Translations under genes and position numbers: made by a program | The notes under the pieces: model-generated | What the model was told of the DNA's origin: nothing | Seen by the model: only the letters and a program-made list of their open reading frames with translations | Database searches by the model: none | Origin: Cycas panzhihuaensis | Taxonomy: Eukaryota > Plantae > Cycadophyta | Direction of reading: 5' to 3' | Length of the DNA: 64,000 nucleotides | NCBI GenBank assembly: GCA_023213395.1 | Contig: CM041465.1 | Coordinates: 222,463,741-222,527,740, forward strand | In this document: piece after piece, positions 25,401-39,057 of the stretch | How the letters are laid out: the number at the start of each line of letters is the position of its first letter | Numbering within the stretch: the first letter of the stretch is position 1

Positions 25401-28400
25401 GTCCCAAAGTATGGAACCATCTTAAAGCTTGAAGAGTTGTTTGATTGGTTAAATAGTATAAAGAAATTCTTTAAATAGAAGGAAATGACATAGGAGAAGA
25501 AAGTAAAACTTACATATACCAAGTTAACAGGTCATACAATGATATGGTGGGATCACTTATAAAAGGAGAGGGTGAGAAATGAGATGGATAAGATTCAAAC
25601 TTGGACTAAGATGGTGAATAAGCAAGGAGAAATTTCTTCTTGTGGATTATACTGATGAATTTTATAAGTTATCTATCATGGTGGATCATGAAGAAACAAA
25701 AGGATAGATGACTATCAAGTATTTAAATGGCCTAAAAATTTCCATCTAAGATGAACTTAGCATGGTTGGAATTAATAATATTAAATATGCTTACTAATTT
25801 ACCTTAAAGGCAAATGAGAAATAGAATAGAAATCCTACTTGAAAATCACTTATGGTAAGGAAGAATCTATTAACCCCATTCAGAAATAGGGATGACATTA
25901 ACTGCTTCTGTAGGGAATCCTCCAATTAAATGGAGAGGAGAGTATGACTGAAGGGAAATAAGAGCTGGTATTGGTAAAGTTGTTAATGATAGTGGAAGTT
26001 ATGAAAATATAATATCTACTAAGATAGCATAAATATTAGGATTATATTATGAAAGATATCCTACTCTTTACAAATTTTTTTAGCTAAAAATAGAAATCAA
26101 AGTAGTAATAGGTAAAAGATATTTAGTGAACTTTACCATTAGGAATATATACTATGATGAGGTATGGTGCAATATTCTCCCAATAGTTGCATGCCATGTG
26201 TTATTAAGGAGACTATGGAAGTATGATAGGAGTGCTTATCATGATGGGAGGAAGAAAACTTACTCTTTCTAGAAGGATGGTGTGATGATGGTGTTACTAC
26301 CTATGAAAGAAGAGGGGTAGGTAGAGACTATATTACTTACAAAGAAATTCTTGAAAGAAGTGAGGCAAGGACCTGTTATGCATTAGTGATAAATCATATA
26401 GAAAATAATGATGAGCTAGCATCGATATCACAAGAAGTAGTTGAGATATTATAAGAGTATAATGATATCATACTTAACGAGTTGCCAAAGGGTTTAACAG
26501 TAAAGAAAGACATCCAACATTAAATTGACATGATTCCATGATCTAGACTATTAAATTAGGTCTCACATATACTAAGTGCTAAGGAAAATAAATAATTAAA
26601 CTGGAAGGCTAATGAATTAATAAAGAAATAGATGGGAAAAGAAGGTATGATCCCATGCGTAACTCTTGCACTCTTGGCCCCAAAGAAAGATGGTTGTTAG
26701 AGGATATGTGTTGAATGTAGGGCATATTAAAATATTAATGTTTTTAACCTAAGTCTTGTGTTAAGTTTATAGTTATATAAATTGAGGGTTATGTATCATT
26801 GCCCCTCTTCTATATTAAAGTAACACTTGTCACACATGTACTGGATTCTTTATGTAATTTAATGGTATATAAGAGAGAGAATTTCTCTCTTATAATTAAT
26901 GAAAATCATTTACTTTCTCAATCTAGTTCTCTACATGGTCTAATTGTAAACCAAACTAAGGTGTTAAATATTGTTTGCTTAAGAAACTGAGTAAGGGGTA
27001 AGGTGATAAAGATCTAGAGAAGAGAGAAAACATAATTTAAAGAAAGGATGACATTTTATAGAACTATATGAACTTATATGAAAAAAAAAAAACAATCTCA
27101 AAATTAAATGAAAATTAACCAATAGAGACGTCTTGAGGAGTAAAGTCTATTGTTCTAAAGAATTTATCATAAATTCTACCTCAATAAGTAAGATATTACA
27201 AAAAATCCTAGGCATGGGTTTGAATCCTTTTTAACAATTTTCTTTCAAATTTCTTCACGTTAGACACAATAAGTGGTCTTAAAATCTTCCTTAAAGCATA
27301 AGATTTCTATCAAATATAAGTTTATAAGATTTTATTAGAGACTTTTTAAGTTACGAGTAAAAGAGTGAATTAAACCCTATCCATCCCTCTTTGTTTTAAG
27401 TCATTTTTCTCTCAATCTATTTTTTCCCCTCAAATATAACTTCAGATCCATGTAGATGAAGTAAATATTTATCTTTTAAGGTGGTTATTTTTGGGTTTTG
27501 TACACCTATACTTTTTTCATGCATGCATGTGACCATATAGATTTGGGCTACCACAATCACTTAAAATCCTTTATCTATAGTATTTCTATAAAATGACTTT
27601 AGTATACTCTTTGAGTGAGTCGTATAAGCTAATCAGTTAGAATTATGGCACTTCAAAAATCAAAATAAAATGGCTTTTAGTTATAAAAAAATACATAGGA
27701 TATTATTATTGAAAAAGAAAAGAAACTAACTATTAGAGATACTACAAAAATTACTAGTTAGGAGGAAAGAGATAGGCAAGCACTAGTCGTCATCACTCTA
27801 TCTATAAGTGATTCTATATTGACTTATATTAGTGAATCCACCTCATTAGTTGAAGTGTAGAAAGTCCTTTAATATCTATACAATCAAAAGAATGAAGCCT
27901 ACATCATTACTCTTATAGAGTAGTTGTATTAAGTTTGTTAGGATTATTAATGTTACTTTATGTTATTTCTTATGTCTTATTTAAGTCACATGTGTAAATT
28001 ATTATTTAAGTGATTCCAATGTTTAATGTTTAGAAGATAATTAAATATTATGTGAAAGGTCGTTGAAATACGCAACTGTCCATTTCAACGAACTTCTCTA
28101 GTTATTAATATCATCTCCTAGATTTAAGGAGGTGGTTTCGAGAATCTAGGAGGCTGTCTAAAGCCTGTTTCAAGGTTGGTTTTATGGTTTGTATAGGGTA
28201 TCTTTAAGGTCCATTGTATAAGTCATTTTTTATTAATAATATTTAGATTTAGGAGGTGGTTTTTCTTCCCCAGAAGGGGTTTTCCACCTATCAAACCATG
28301 TGTACTTGTTCAATGTCTTTCTTTTGTATTTTTACTATTCATTTGATCCTATGACATTGTTCATGTGCCTTTTCTCACATGGTATTAGATCCATATACCT

Positions 28401-28652
28401 CTTCATCACTACTAGTTTCCTTCTCACATGGAAGATCTTTAGGCTTTCCAACTTTAGATTGCTGAGCACTCTCCACTTTCAGCTTCTAAGCCTTCTGATC
28501 TTCATACTATCATCAGAGGAGGTTTAATGAATGGTTTCTTCTTAAATCTTCTTCAGATTCGTCACTATCAGACTCATAAGAGTTACTTTCTTTCTTTTCT
28601 AGAAATACCCAGGTTCAATCTATTAGATAACCAGAAGCATTAAAATATGGAT

Positions 28653-28870
28653 ATTAGAAGGCACATTCATGTTCGACTGGAAAGGCCTTCCAAGACCTTC
28701 CCATAGTCCTTACTCCTATGCATATTGAGGAGTAAAAACTGTGAATGGTAGAAAAGAAACATGTAGAATTGGATCCTGGAACCATCTTCCATATGCCAGA
28801 TTGCTCAAGTGACTTCCAAAATCACGACTTAGGAGATCAGACCTTGGACTACTCACACCATCAACTATGG
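28653..28870 (-). pseudogene. Captured fragment of a plant nucleotidyltransferase-family gene (At3g61690-like C-terminal region)
   Basis: Minus-strand translation SDLLSRDFGSHLSNLAYGRWFQDP...PQYA*E*GLWEGLGRPFQSNMN resembles the family motifs SDILNxDFxSHWQNLQYGR and YLQGRFPWDGPGRPLSxNMN (recalled, not searched). Confidence 0.6.
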
Positions 28871-28924
28871 CTCCCACTTGCATGCTCTCCAATCTTGGAC
28901 ATGCAATTGTAGTTGTATACTCCT

Positions 28925-29383
28925 GCCTAAGGATCTAAATGAATCTATTCTTGATTCCATCTCAATTATCCTCACAGTACTCTCTGGTGGCCAACTTGTA
29001 ACTGGCTTAAATTTTGTTTCATTCTTCCTGCGTCACCACCAAGGCTCAATTGTGTTAGATGCAGTCATTGCTACTGAAGTAACTGATTTCATTTACATAT
29101 TAGCAGAACCATTGCCATGCACTACACTTATGCTTGATAGCTTCAATCCTTGAGTCATAGATGAGGAACTTCCTATTTTAAAATACTGAGTACGTGCAGT
29201 GTATGAAGAACTATTGTTTTGAACTTGGATTACTTCCCAGGGCTTTAGTTTTGGCTGTAATCAAGGATTGGAAGGAGGTTGATTTGGATTTGGAGGCTTG
29301 TCATTCACTTCCTGAATTCCCAGAGCCTTCTCACCTCTCTCTATCATAGCCAAAACCTCCATGTATGATTGTGGGTGTGGAGC
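28925..29383 (-). pseudogene. PEX14: Captured PEX14 (peroxin 14) C-terminal coding fragment, antisense to Copia B
   Basis: About 150 codons in one frame: APHPQSYMEVLAMIERGEKALGIQEVNDKPPNPNQPPSNP*LQPKLKPWEV...EPWW*RRKNE...VRIIEMES. This matches the plant PEX14 motifs PHPKSYM..M.QRGEKP..I..IND.PPNPNQ....PR..P..KPWE and PWWQ.KN. The stops are TGA/TAA, consistent with C>T changes. Confidence 0.85.
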
Positions 29384-30457
29384 AATCCATTTCCAGCCAC
29401 TTCGGCATCCTTGGCCAACTGCTCACAACTTACATTGTTGACGATTAGATCCAATGATCTGGTCATTCCACATCTCTGGAACAACAGGTCCTATCAAAGA
29501 ACAATAAGAATGAATATGTCTAACAAACTGACAACGTATGCTGAATCACTAAGATACCTCAGTTGAGAAAGCTCACAAATGGTAGTGTGAGGAACGCCAT
29601 CACCGTTGAGAACCTACAACTCGCCCCCAAGAACTTGCAAACCCTAGTCACTGTGAGGAAAATTAATAGGTAGGTAGGGTTTTTCGATTCCTTCCCCCCC
29701 TCAGACCCCAAAACTTAATTTAATTTAACTTTCTTTTATAAATTCAAAACAACGATCGGGTCCGTCCCTTTTGTTTTTTATTTTATTTCATTTTTATGAT
29801 ATATATACATATAAATATAATCTAATCTATAAACTTTAAGTTAATTAACATTGTAAAGAAACCCCCCCTTACACTTTATTATAAAAATAAATTCTTATTT
29901 TATAATACTTGTTCAATAAAATAGAATAAATTTTAAACCCCTTCCTTAAAACATGTGGTTTATATACCCTCCTTCCCCTAACACCTTAGTCTTTAATATT
30001 TAATTTAATCTTCTTCCATTATAAGTAATATATAAAGAAAATCCCCTCCCCTTTAATTATTTAACATTAAAGTAAACCTCCTCCTTATTATAAGGTTTTA
30101 TAACCTTTTCTCAATAGTGGATATATATAGACTTTTTAAACTTAGGCAAAATACATCTTTATGTATTAGTCTAATGCCTTCAACATTATTGACATCGTAA
30201 AGTACTTAATTAATTACCAAATGAAAATACTCATTAGGATATTAATTATAGTGTTCCTCCTATAACATAATATTCTTTTCTAATTAAACTCTCATTTTTT
30301 TTAATAAATAAAAACTTTTTATAAACTTCATAAAAAAAGATTAGAAAGTAAATCTCTTTCAACACTAGAGTTATGTTTTAATTAATAAAAATTTCTTTAA
30401 TTTAATCAACAATTATAATCTTCTCGAAACTTTTTTTTTTTTAGGTAAACACTTACT

Positions 30458-30612
30458 TTTAAGGGGGACTATTTTTTTTAAGGAGGACTACCTTTTTTAA
30501 GGGGGACTATCTTTTCTAAGGGGGACTGTTTATTTTTTAGAAGGGGACTATTTTTTGAAAGTAAAAGAGGGACTATTTCTTTAAAAGTGACTATTTTTCT
30601 AGGGGGAATTAT
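30458..30612 (+). repeat. Short AAGGGGGACTATTTTT-type repeats (about 8 copies) in the Copia B leader
   Basis: (T)AAGGGGGACTA plus a T-run, repeated with variants between 30460 and 30610. Confidence 0.75.
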
Positions 30613-30781
30613 TTATTTGAGAACATGTGATTTTTTTTTAAAAGAGAAAAGCTAGTAATTCATACTACTATGATTTTCATTATGCATTGTTAATCTAATG
30701 TTTAGTAACCTTCATAAGTGATTATTTTTTTTACCTACCTTTATATCCTTCAATCTTCAATCAAACTTTATAATTTCCAAT

Positions 30782-33700
30782 ATGGCTTTAATGACAGGGA
30801 CAACCACCTACATTCCAATTCCAGTGTTAACCAACTCAAACTATGCCGACTAGAGGAACCGTATATCCTATCAGCTTAAATAGCAAAAAATATGGCGATA
30901 TGTAACAGGTGAATTTAAAAAACCAAAAGATGAAATTATAGAAAGTTATATGGTATATTTGATGAACTCAGATTCAGCTTTAGGTACTATATTAAACTCA
31001 CTTTCACCAGAAATCAGTCGGCAGTTTTTTGAAACAGACAACCTAGCCATTGTTTGGAAAACTCTATAAGACAAATATGATAAAGTCGATACAAATCAAC
31101 TGGTTGTCTTAGAACAACAACTCTATGACCTTACTTATGATGATTTTTCCAAAGTTGAGGATTTTTTATGTAAAATTTAACTAATTAATAAAGACTTAGG
31201 TCACTATGTTAAATCTAAAACTAAAGAAGGTGATACTAAACAAATAATCACGCATGCTAAAGATGATGATACGCTCATCTATCTTACAATAAACAAATTG
31301 CCAAAACATTTTAATTTTTTCAAAACTTCCAGACATCAAGTTGGTAATCCTTCTATCATATTCAATCAGTTGATAAACTAACTAATTGAACATCAAATAA
31401 TACTAATTCAAACATGCATATTAAAAGATCCTTCCCAAGCTTTGTTTTCCAAAACTAAGCCACAAAATAAAAATAAATAACAAAATAATTCTAATAATAA
31501 TCTAAAATTTTAAAAACCTCATAGAGGTTCTCAATTTAATTCCTAAAATAATATTAAGTATTTTGGTCCATCTAAACATCAGAATACTCCTAATCAATCA
31601 TTTCTTAATTAAAACAATGTAAATCCTTCTCAAAACACTAATTGTTCCTATTGTCATAAAAAAGGCCACACTATTGATGTCTGTAGAAGTAGAATAACTT
31701 CGGATGCATGGAAAGCTTCCAAGGGATTACAAAACTGATCTCAATCCTGACCTCAATCCCAACCTCAAAACCAACAAACTCTTAATCATTTTCTAACAAT
31801 AACAACTTTTGCATTTGTTACCCTAACTAATCAACCACCACAATGGATCCTTGACTTTGGTGCATCCCATCACATAATTAGACACTAAAAAAATTTATCC
31901 ACTTATCAATCTGAATCTAACTCTGAAGAAGAGATTTCTTTTGATAGTGGAACCCAACTTAAAGTAAAAGGATCAGGTGATGTTACCTTAAAAGACAATT
32001 CGATAATAGACGTCTTCTGCGTACCGGGTTTGTTACCAAACCTACTCTCAATTTATCAAATCTATCAGAAAGACTTTATCATTAAATTTTGGAAAGATAA
32101 ATTTATCATTAAAGAGCCATTAAATAAATTTAAATGTATTGCCTCAAGACCTGTTGATCATAACACAGGTCTCTATAGTTTAACAAGTTTACAAAATAAC
32201 AAAATAAAACCCTTCAGTGCCTTTATCACCAAATTTGACTCAGTCAGTAAAGTTTAGCATGCACAATTTGGCCATACAAGTTATGGCAAACTTCAATATC
32301 TAAAAAAACATGACATGGTTCATGGTCTTCCACCTTTAAATACTGTTTATGGTGTCTGTGAAGCCTGTGTAATAGGTAAGCAACACATGGACCCATTTCC
32401 ATATAAAACTCAATTCAGAGTGACAGTTCCACTTGAACTTATTCACTCCGACATATGTGGACCATTTCATGTAACATCATACTCTAGCTGTCATTATTTT
32501 ATTACATTTATTAATGATTATTTAAGAAAATGTTAGGTTTACATGCTCAAAGCACATAGTCAAGTGCTTGATATTTTTGTTGAACTCAAAGTGCTTGTTG
32601 AAAATCAATCAAACTCAAAAATTAAAATTTTTAGATCTGATAATGCCAAGGAATACTTAAGTGGCAAATTCACTTCTTTCTGTAAGAAGCACGAAATTCA
32701 GTTCCAGCATTTTATTGTATACACTCCTCAACAAAATGGTGTTGCTGGACGCAAGAACTGCACTCTTGTTGAGATGACTCGTTGCATGTTACATGCAAAG
32801 AACCTTGACCTAAAATTGTAGGCAGAAGTTATTAATTGCTCCAACTATCTTCTAAATCGTTTACCTAGCAAATACCTACAAAATGTCACTCCAGAACAAA
32901 AATAGTCTGGTAGAAAACCTTCAGTTAATCATTTATGAATCTTTAGAAGTATTATGTGGGGACACATCCCTAAAGAAAAATAAAAGAAACTAGATCTTAA
33001 GAGTCAAAAATACATCTTCGTTGGATACAACAAAGAAAGTAAAGCTTATAGACTCTTAGATCTAGTCATGCATCAAATTTAATTTTGTGTGACATAATAT
33101 TTGATAAAGAAGGATCTTCTTCAACCTCTACTTATGTAGAATTTCTGATTGAAAATCTGTTAACCAACACCTATTTGTTTAACCCCTTTGATAAACAAGC
33201 TAATCCAGAAATTATAGAATCTTTACCTTAAGTCTAAAATTAGACTCTATCCAAATCTACTGAAATAGATTCTTCCTCTCAGGCTAGCTCTTCAAATCAG
33301 AACTACGTAAACAAGCTACCAACAAATAGCCTGTATGGGCAACAAAAATACTTGTTGACTCTGGATCTGATATTGGTAATCCTTCAGATACTAGGTAAAC
33401 TCATGCCCAAAAATTATATACTAACTATGCCTTAATGGCCAAAATAATGGACAATAATGATCCGAAAACCTTTAAACAAGCTAGCAACAATCTTATATGG
33501 CAGGAAGCTATGCAAACTGAATTCGATACTTTAATTAAAATTTTAACTTAGGATCTCGTACCACTCCCACTTGGAAAAAATATAGTCGACCGTAAATGGG
33601 TTTATAGAACAAAACACAACTCAATAAGTGTAGTTGAAAAATATAAAGTTTGCCTAGTTGTAAAAAGATTTTCTCAAATTGATGGCATTGATTACAATGA

Positions 33701-35000
33701 AATATATGCCCATATTGCAAAGATGAATATGATTAAAATAATTATTGCTTTAGCAGCCAAGTTTAGTTAGGAAATCAATCAAATGGATGTAAAGAGTACA
33801 TTTCTAAATGGTGATATCAAAGAAGAGATCTACATGTCTCAGCCGCCTGGCTTTATTGATAATCCTAATTTAGTTTGTAAACTAAAGAAAACTATTTATA
33901 GATTAAAACAAGCTCCTTGAGCTTGGTACACTAAAGTTGATGATTATTTAATTCAAATTAGATACACTAGATGTATTAGTGATCCAAATCTTTATTTCAA
34001 ATATGAAAATGAAAATATTACTATTTTAATCATGTATGTTGATGATATCATAATCACTGGATCATCAACTAATAACATTCATCATTTAAAATCTACTTTA
34101 ATAAATAAATTTAAAATGATCGATCTAGGTATCCTATATTATTTTCTTAGATTATAAATTTATCAACATTATTCAAAAATCACTATATCTCAACCTAAAT
34201 ATATTTTAGACTTAATTCAATAGTTTAACATAGAAAATGCTAAAACCGTCTCTAATCCATTATAATCAGGAGTAAAATTATCTATTGATTGTTCATCACC
34301 TTTATGTGATCCTACATTATATAGATAGTTAATTGATAGTCTTATTTATTTAACTCATACCCACCTTGATATATCCTATGCTATCACTTTATCTTCACAT
34401 TATATGCAACAGCCATATGAAACACATTGGAAAGCTGCTAAATGTATATTACGATATCTTAAGAACATTGTCTTTTATGGTCTAACTTATAATTTTTATA
34501 GTAAACCTCTAACTTTAATAGGATATACTAATTCAGATTAGGCAGGTGATACAAATGATCAAAAATCTACATCAGGTTATGTATTTTTTATAGATTCTTC
34601 ACATATTACTTGGTCTAGTAAGAAAATACAGGCACTAACTCTATCAATGACTGAAACTGAATATCGCGTACTTGTTAAAGCCAGTAAATAAGCACTTTGT
34701 CTCAAAACTCTTCTAAATGAAATTGGTCTATCTCTTAACTCTTTTATTGAACTTAAAGTTAATAATCAAGGTGCCATTGCTATTGCTACAAGTCTAGTTA
34801 CACATTCTAGAACTAAACATATAGAATTACATCAGTATTTTATTCGTAATTGGGTTACTGATAACACTGTTTATTTATCTTATTGTCTAAAAGATCTATA
34901 GGTTACTAACATCCTCATAAAATTTTTGACTGAAGTCAAGTTTCTAAACCTCCGAGATCAATTAAAGATAAAAGAAGTCTCCATCAAAGGGGGATCAACG
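30782..35000 (+). pseudogene. Copia B gag-pol (many premature stops)
   Basis: Gag start MALMTG..; Zn knuckle CSYCHKKGHTIDVC; protease WILDFGASHH; INT LELIHSDICGPF, FRSDNAKEY and YTPQQNGVA; [13 protein letters not shown] and MYVDDIIITG; RH SRTKHIEL. Confidence 0.9.
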
Positions 35001-38000
35001 TGATGAAGACCTTCTTTTTCTATATCATAAAAGTTAATATTAAAGGGGAATGTTAGGATTATTAATGTTACTTTATATGTTATTTATTATCTCTTATTTA
35101 AGTCACATGTGTAAATTATTATTTAAGTGATTCCAATGTTTAATGTTTAGAAGATAATTAAATATTATGTGAAAGGTTGTTGAAATATACAACTGCCCAT
35201 TTCAACGAACCTCTCTAGTTATTAATATCATCTCCTAGATTCAAGGAGGTGGTTCTGAGAATCTAGGAGGCTATCTAAAGCCTATTTCAAGGCTGGTTTT
35301 GTGGTTTGTAGAGGGTATCTTTAAGGTCCATTGTATAAGTCATTTTTTATTAATAATATTTAGATTTAGGAGGTGGTTTTCCTTCCCCAGAAGGGGTTTT
35401 CCACCTGTCAAACCATGTGTACTTGTTCAATGTCTTTCTTTTATGTTTTTATTGTTCATTTGATCTTATGACATTGTTCATGTGTCTATTCTCACAAACT
35501 TCTCTTATGGGAGGGCAAACAAATTACTAATTTTGTTAGTATATTAGTAGAAATCAAGGATAATCTTCCCTCTGTAGGTGAATTAATATCAAATATTAAA
35601 ATTGTTCACTTAATAAGTTACTAAAATCATTTGATAATATAGTGAATACACTTATTATTAGGGGACAAGTTAAAAGCATGTCATTTGATACTTTATATGA
35701 ACATATTCTTTAATAAGAGAAGAAAATCCAAAGGTATAAGGAGGAAACAAAAGTCAAAGAAGTTTTTCTCTCAAGACCTACAATTGGTGAATAAGGAAAA
35801 GGAACAATAGGAAGGTCAACAAACATAAGAACCATTAGAGGAAGATTCATAAGAGGAAGGATAGGATCAAGTAGAGGAAGTCAACAGATACTTGGATATG
35901 TTATCATTGTGGTAGATTATGTCACATCGTTGTAGAGTGTAGATTAGTGAAAACTTGTCCTTATTATTACTATGGAAGATATGTACATCTCTCAAGTAAT
36001 TACTTTTATAAAATAATTGAAATTTTAAAAGGAAAAAATGTTGAAGAAGACTATAGTAATGAACAACCCAAAGATGAAGATAGAGAAGAAACTTCTTTTA
36101 TTATTATCTTAGTTTCATGTACTCATCATAACGGAGACTAGTTCATTAATTTTGGAGCCTCAAATCATAGGACTAGGAAAGAAGAATGGTTCAAAACTTC
36201 ACTTCCATACCTAACAAATAGAACTGTTGAGCTTAGTGATGATTATTCTTTAAAAATTAAAGGCAAAGAAACCATAGTAATCAAAATCAAGCAAGATTTC
36301 AAAAGGATTGACAATGTTCTATTTATTCTAGGTTTGAATAAAAATCTTCTTTCTATATCATAATTAAGAAAGAAGAAACTTTGAGTAATATTCCAAAAAA
36401 ATGGAAAGTGATATACTCATGATATGAAAAAGTGAGGGTGAGAACATTGCTAAAGGGATAAAAACTGATAATATTTATAAATTAGTTTCTACTCTTATTA
36501 TCTCTTATATATAAAAAAAAATTATTTAAATTAATAATAATAAAATCTAGTATTTTTTATATAGATATATTGCATATGATAAAATAAGATTACTCAATTT
36601 TTTTCTACAGCAAATGGTTTTCCTTATAGCATTACAATAAATTCCTCTATCTGCAAAAGTTACATATTAGGAAAACAACATAGAATGCTATTTCAGTAAT
36701 GCAATTAGAGAACAAAAGAAAAATTACAATTAGTTCATGGTGATATATGTGGACCAATCACACCAAACTTTGTTAATATTGCTTGGTACTTTCTGACATT
36801 CATAAATGATTTCACCAAGAAGGCTTGGGTGTTCTTTATCTTTAGTAAATCATAAGCTCTTGATTACTTCAAAGAATTTAAAGCTCAAGTTATGCTATAA
36901 AGTGAACATAAAATTAAAACACTTAGAACAGATAGAGGAGGAGAATATATTTTGAATGAATTTTTAATTTTTTATAAAATGCATGGTATTTATAAACAAA
37001 CAATTATTCCATATACTCCACAGTCTAATAAAGTAACTGAAAGACTAAATAAGACTATAATAAAAATAACACGATGCATGATAAAAGAAAAAAATGTCTT
37101 AAATATATATTGGGCTGATAGAGTTAATACTATTATCTATTTGATAAATAGAAGTTCCACAAAAGTTCTTGATAAAATTACTCCAAAATGAGCATGGATA
37201 GATAAGAAACTTAATGTAAGTCATCTAAGAACTTTTCAAAGCATTGCTTATGTGCATGTTCCAAACTAAAAAAGAGTCAAATTAGATGATAATAGTATTG
37301 AATTTATCATGGTCAGGTATAGTGCTAAGTCAAAAGCCTATCACTGCATAGATATGAAAATTAATAAAATTTATATAAGTAGAGATATAACCCTTGATGA
37401 AGGTATTCCAATCAGTAAAGATGTTACTTATTCTCAAAAAGGTATAATATTAGAAGAAAATGTAAAATCTTCTAATGATGAGAATATAACTAAGGAAGAA
37501 TCAAATCCTCATGATCACAAAGAAATAAGATCTCAAGAAGAACTAGATACATTATCTAAAATAGAAATATAGGAAAATATTTAAAAAAGAAGATTACCTA
37601 AATGGCATCTAAAAACTATAGAAGAACCAAAAAGAGATAGAACTAGGTTTTAAAAACATCAAGCATTAACTTATTTAGTTGAGCCTTAAAGTTTTAAAGA
37701 AGCCTACCCAAAAGCAAAATGGCAAGAAGCCATGGACAAAGAAATAAACTCTATAAATTAAAATAATGTCTAGGAATCAATTCCTCCACCTAAAAGTAAA
37801 CCTATTACAGGTTGTAAATGGGTACATAGGATAAAAGAAAAGTTTGATGAAAGTATTAAAAAACATAAAGCCTAACTTTTATCTAAGGGATATACTTAGA
37901 TTACAGGTATTGATTATGAAGAAACCTTTGCTTTTGTAAAAAAATTAATAATAATTTATACAGTTATAGCTTTGATAGCTCAATACAGATGGGAAATTAT

Positions 38001-39057
38001 GTAACTAGATATAAAAAGTACCTTCCTAAATGGTGATATTAATGAAGAAGTCTATGGGGAACATCCAGTTGGGTGTAAAAAGAAAGGAGAGGAATATGTG
38101 GTCAATAGATTAAAAATGGCCTTATATGGCCTAAAATAAGCACCTCAAGCTTGGTATACAAAACTAAACCATCATGTTTAGAAGAAAGGCTTTAGTAGAT
38201 GTGAGGTTGATTTAAGTATTTATATTAAAAAATAAAAAGACTCGATTACCATAATTTTTGTATATATATAGATGATTTAATTATTACAAGAAATGGCTAA
38301 GAAACCATTAATTAGGCGAAAACATAGATGGAAAGCAATTTTGAAATAATTGACATGACTACATTTCATTATTTTCTTGGCATAGAAGTTGAGCAAGTAG
38401 AAACTAATATCTTTATCTCATAATCTAAGTATTATAAGAATCTTCTCAAAAGATTTAGTATGGAAGAATATAATCCTTTTTTTATACCTATGGAAATAGG
38501 TTGTATTCTAATAGTTAAGGAAGATAATCATCATAAAATGAATGAAACTCAATTCAAACAACTTGTTAGAAGTCTCATCTACTTGAAAACCACTAAATTA
38601 GATATATCCTTTTCTATTGGAGTTGCTTTTAGGTTTATGTATAATCCAAAGATTTTTCACTATAATGTTGTAAAATGAACCTTAAGATACATCAAAGGTA
38701 CATTAGATCTTAGACTATTATATACTAAAGTAGATAAACTAGGATTAATTAGATTCACTCACTCTAACTAGGTAAGAGAAATTCAAGAAATGAAGTCCAC
38801 ATCAAACTACTGCTTCAATCTTGAAATAACTATAACATCATGGAATAGTAAAAAGTAACAATAAAAACCTTGTCCTCAATAGAAGCAAAGTATAAAGTTA
38901 TAATAAGTGTAACTTTTGAAACAATTTACTTAAAACAACTCCTAAAGGATCTAAATTAGAGTTATCATAAAGTAACTACAATCTACTATGATAACCAAAG
39001 TGTTACCAAACTCACTAAAAATCATGTGTTCCATGCAAGGACTAAACACATAGAAGT

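Larger units (their letters stand above)
27936..35496 (+). mobile_element. Ty1/Copia element B, full length but decayed, with a 2.4-kb leader carrying host-gene fragments
   Basis: Highly similar LTRs 27936-28379 and 35051-35496 (TGTTAG..TCACA); TSD AAGTT/AACTT; PBS TGGTATTAGATCC at 28380; PPT AAAGGGGAA 35042-35050. Confidence 0.95.
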
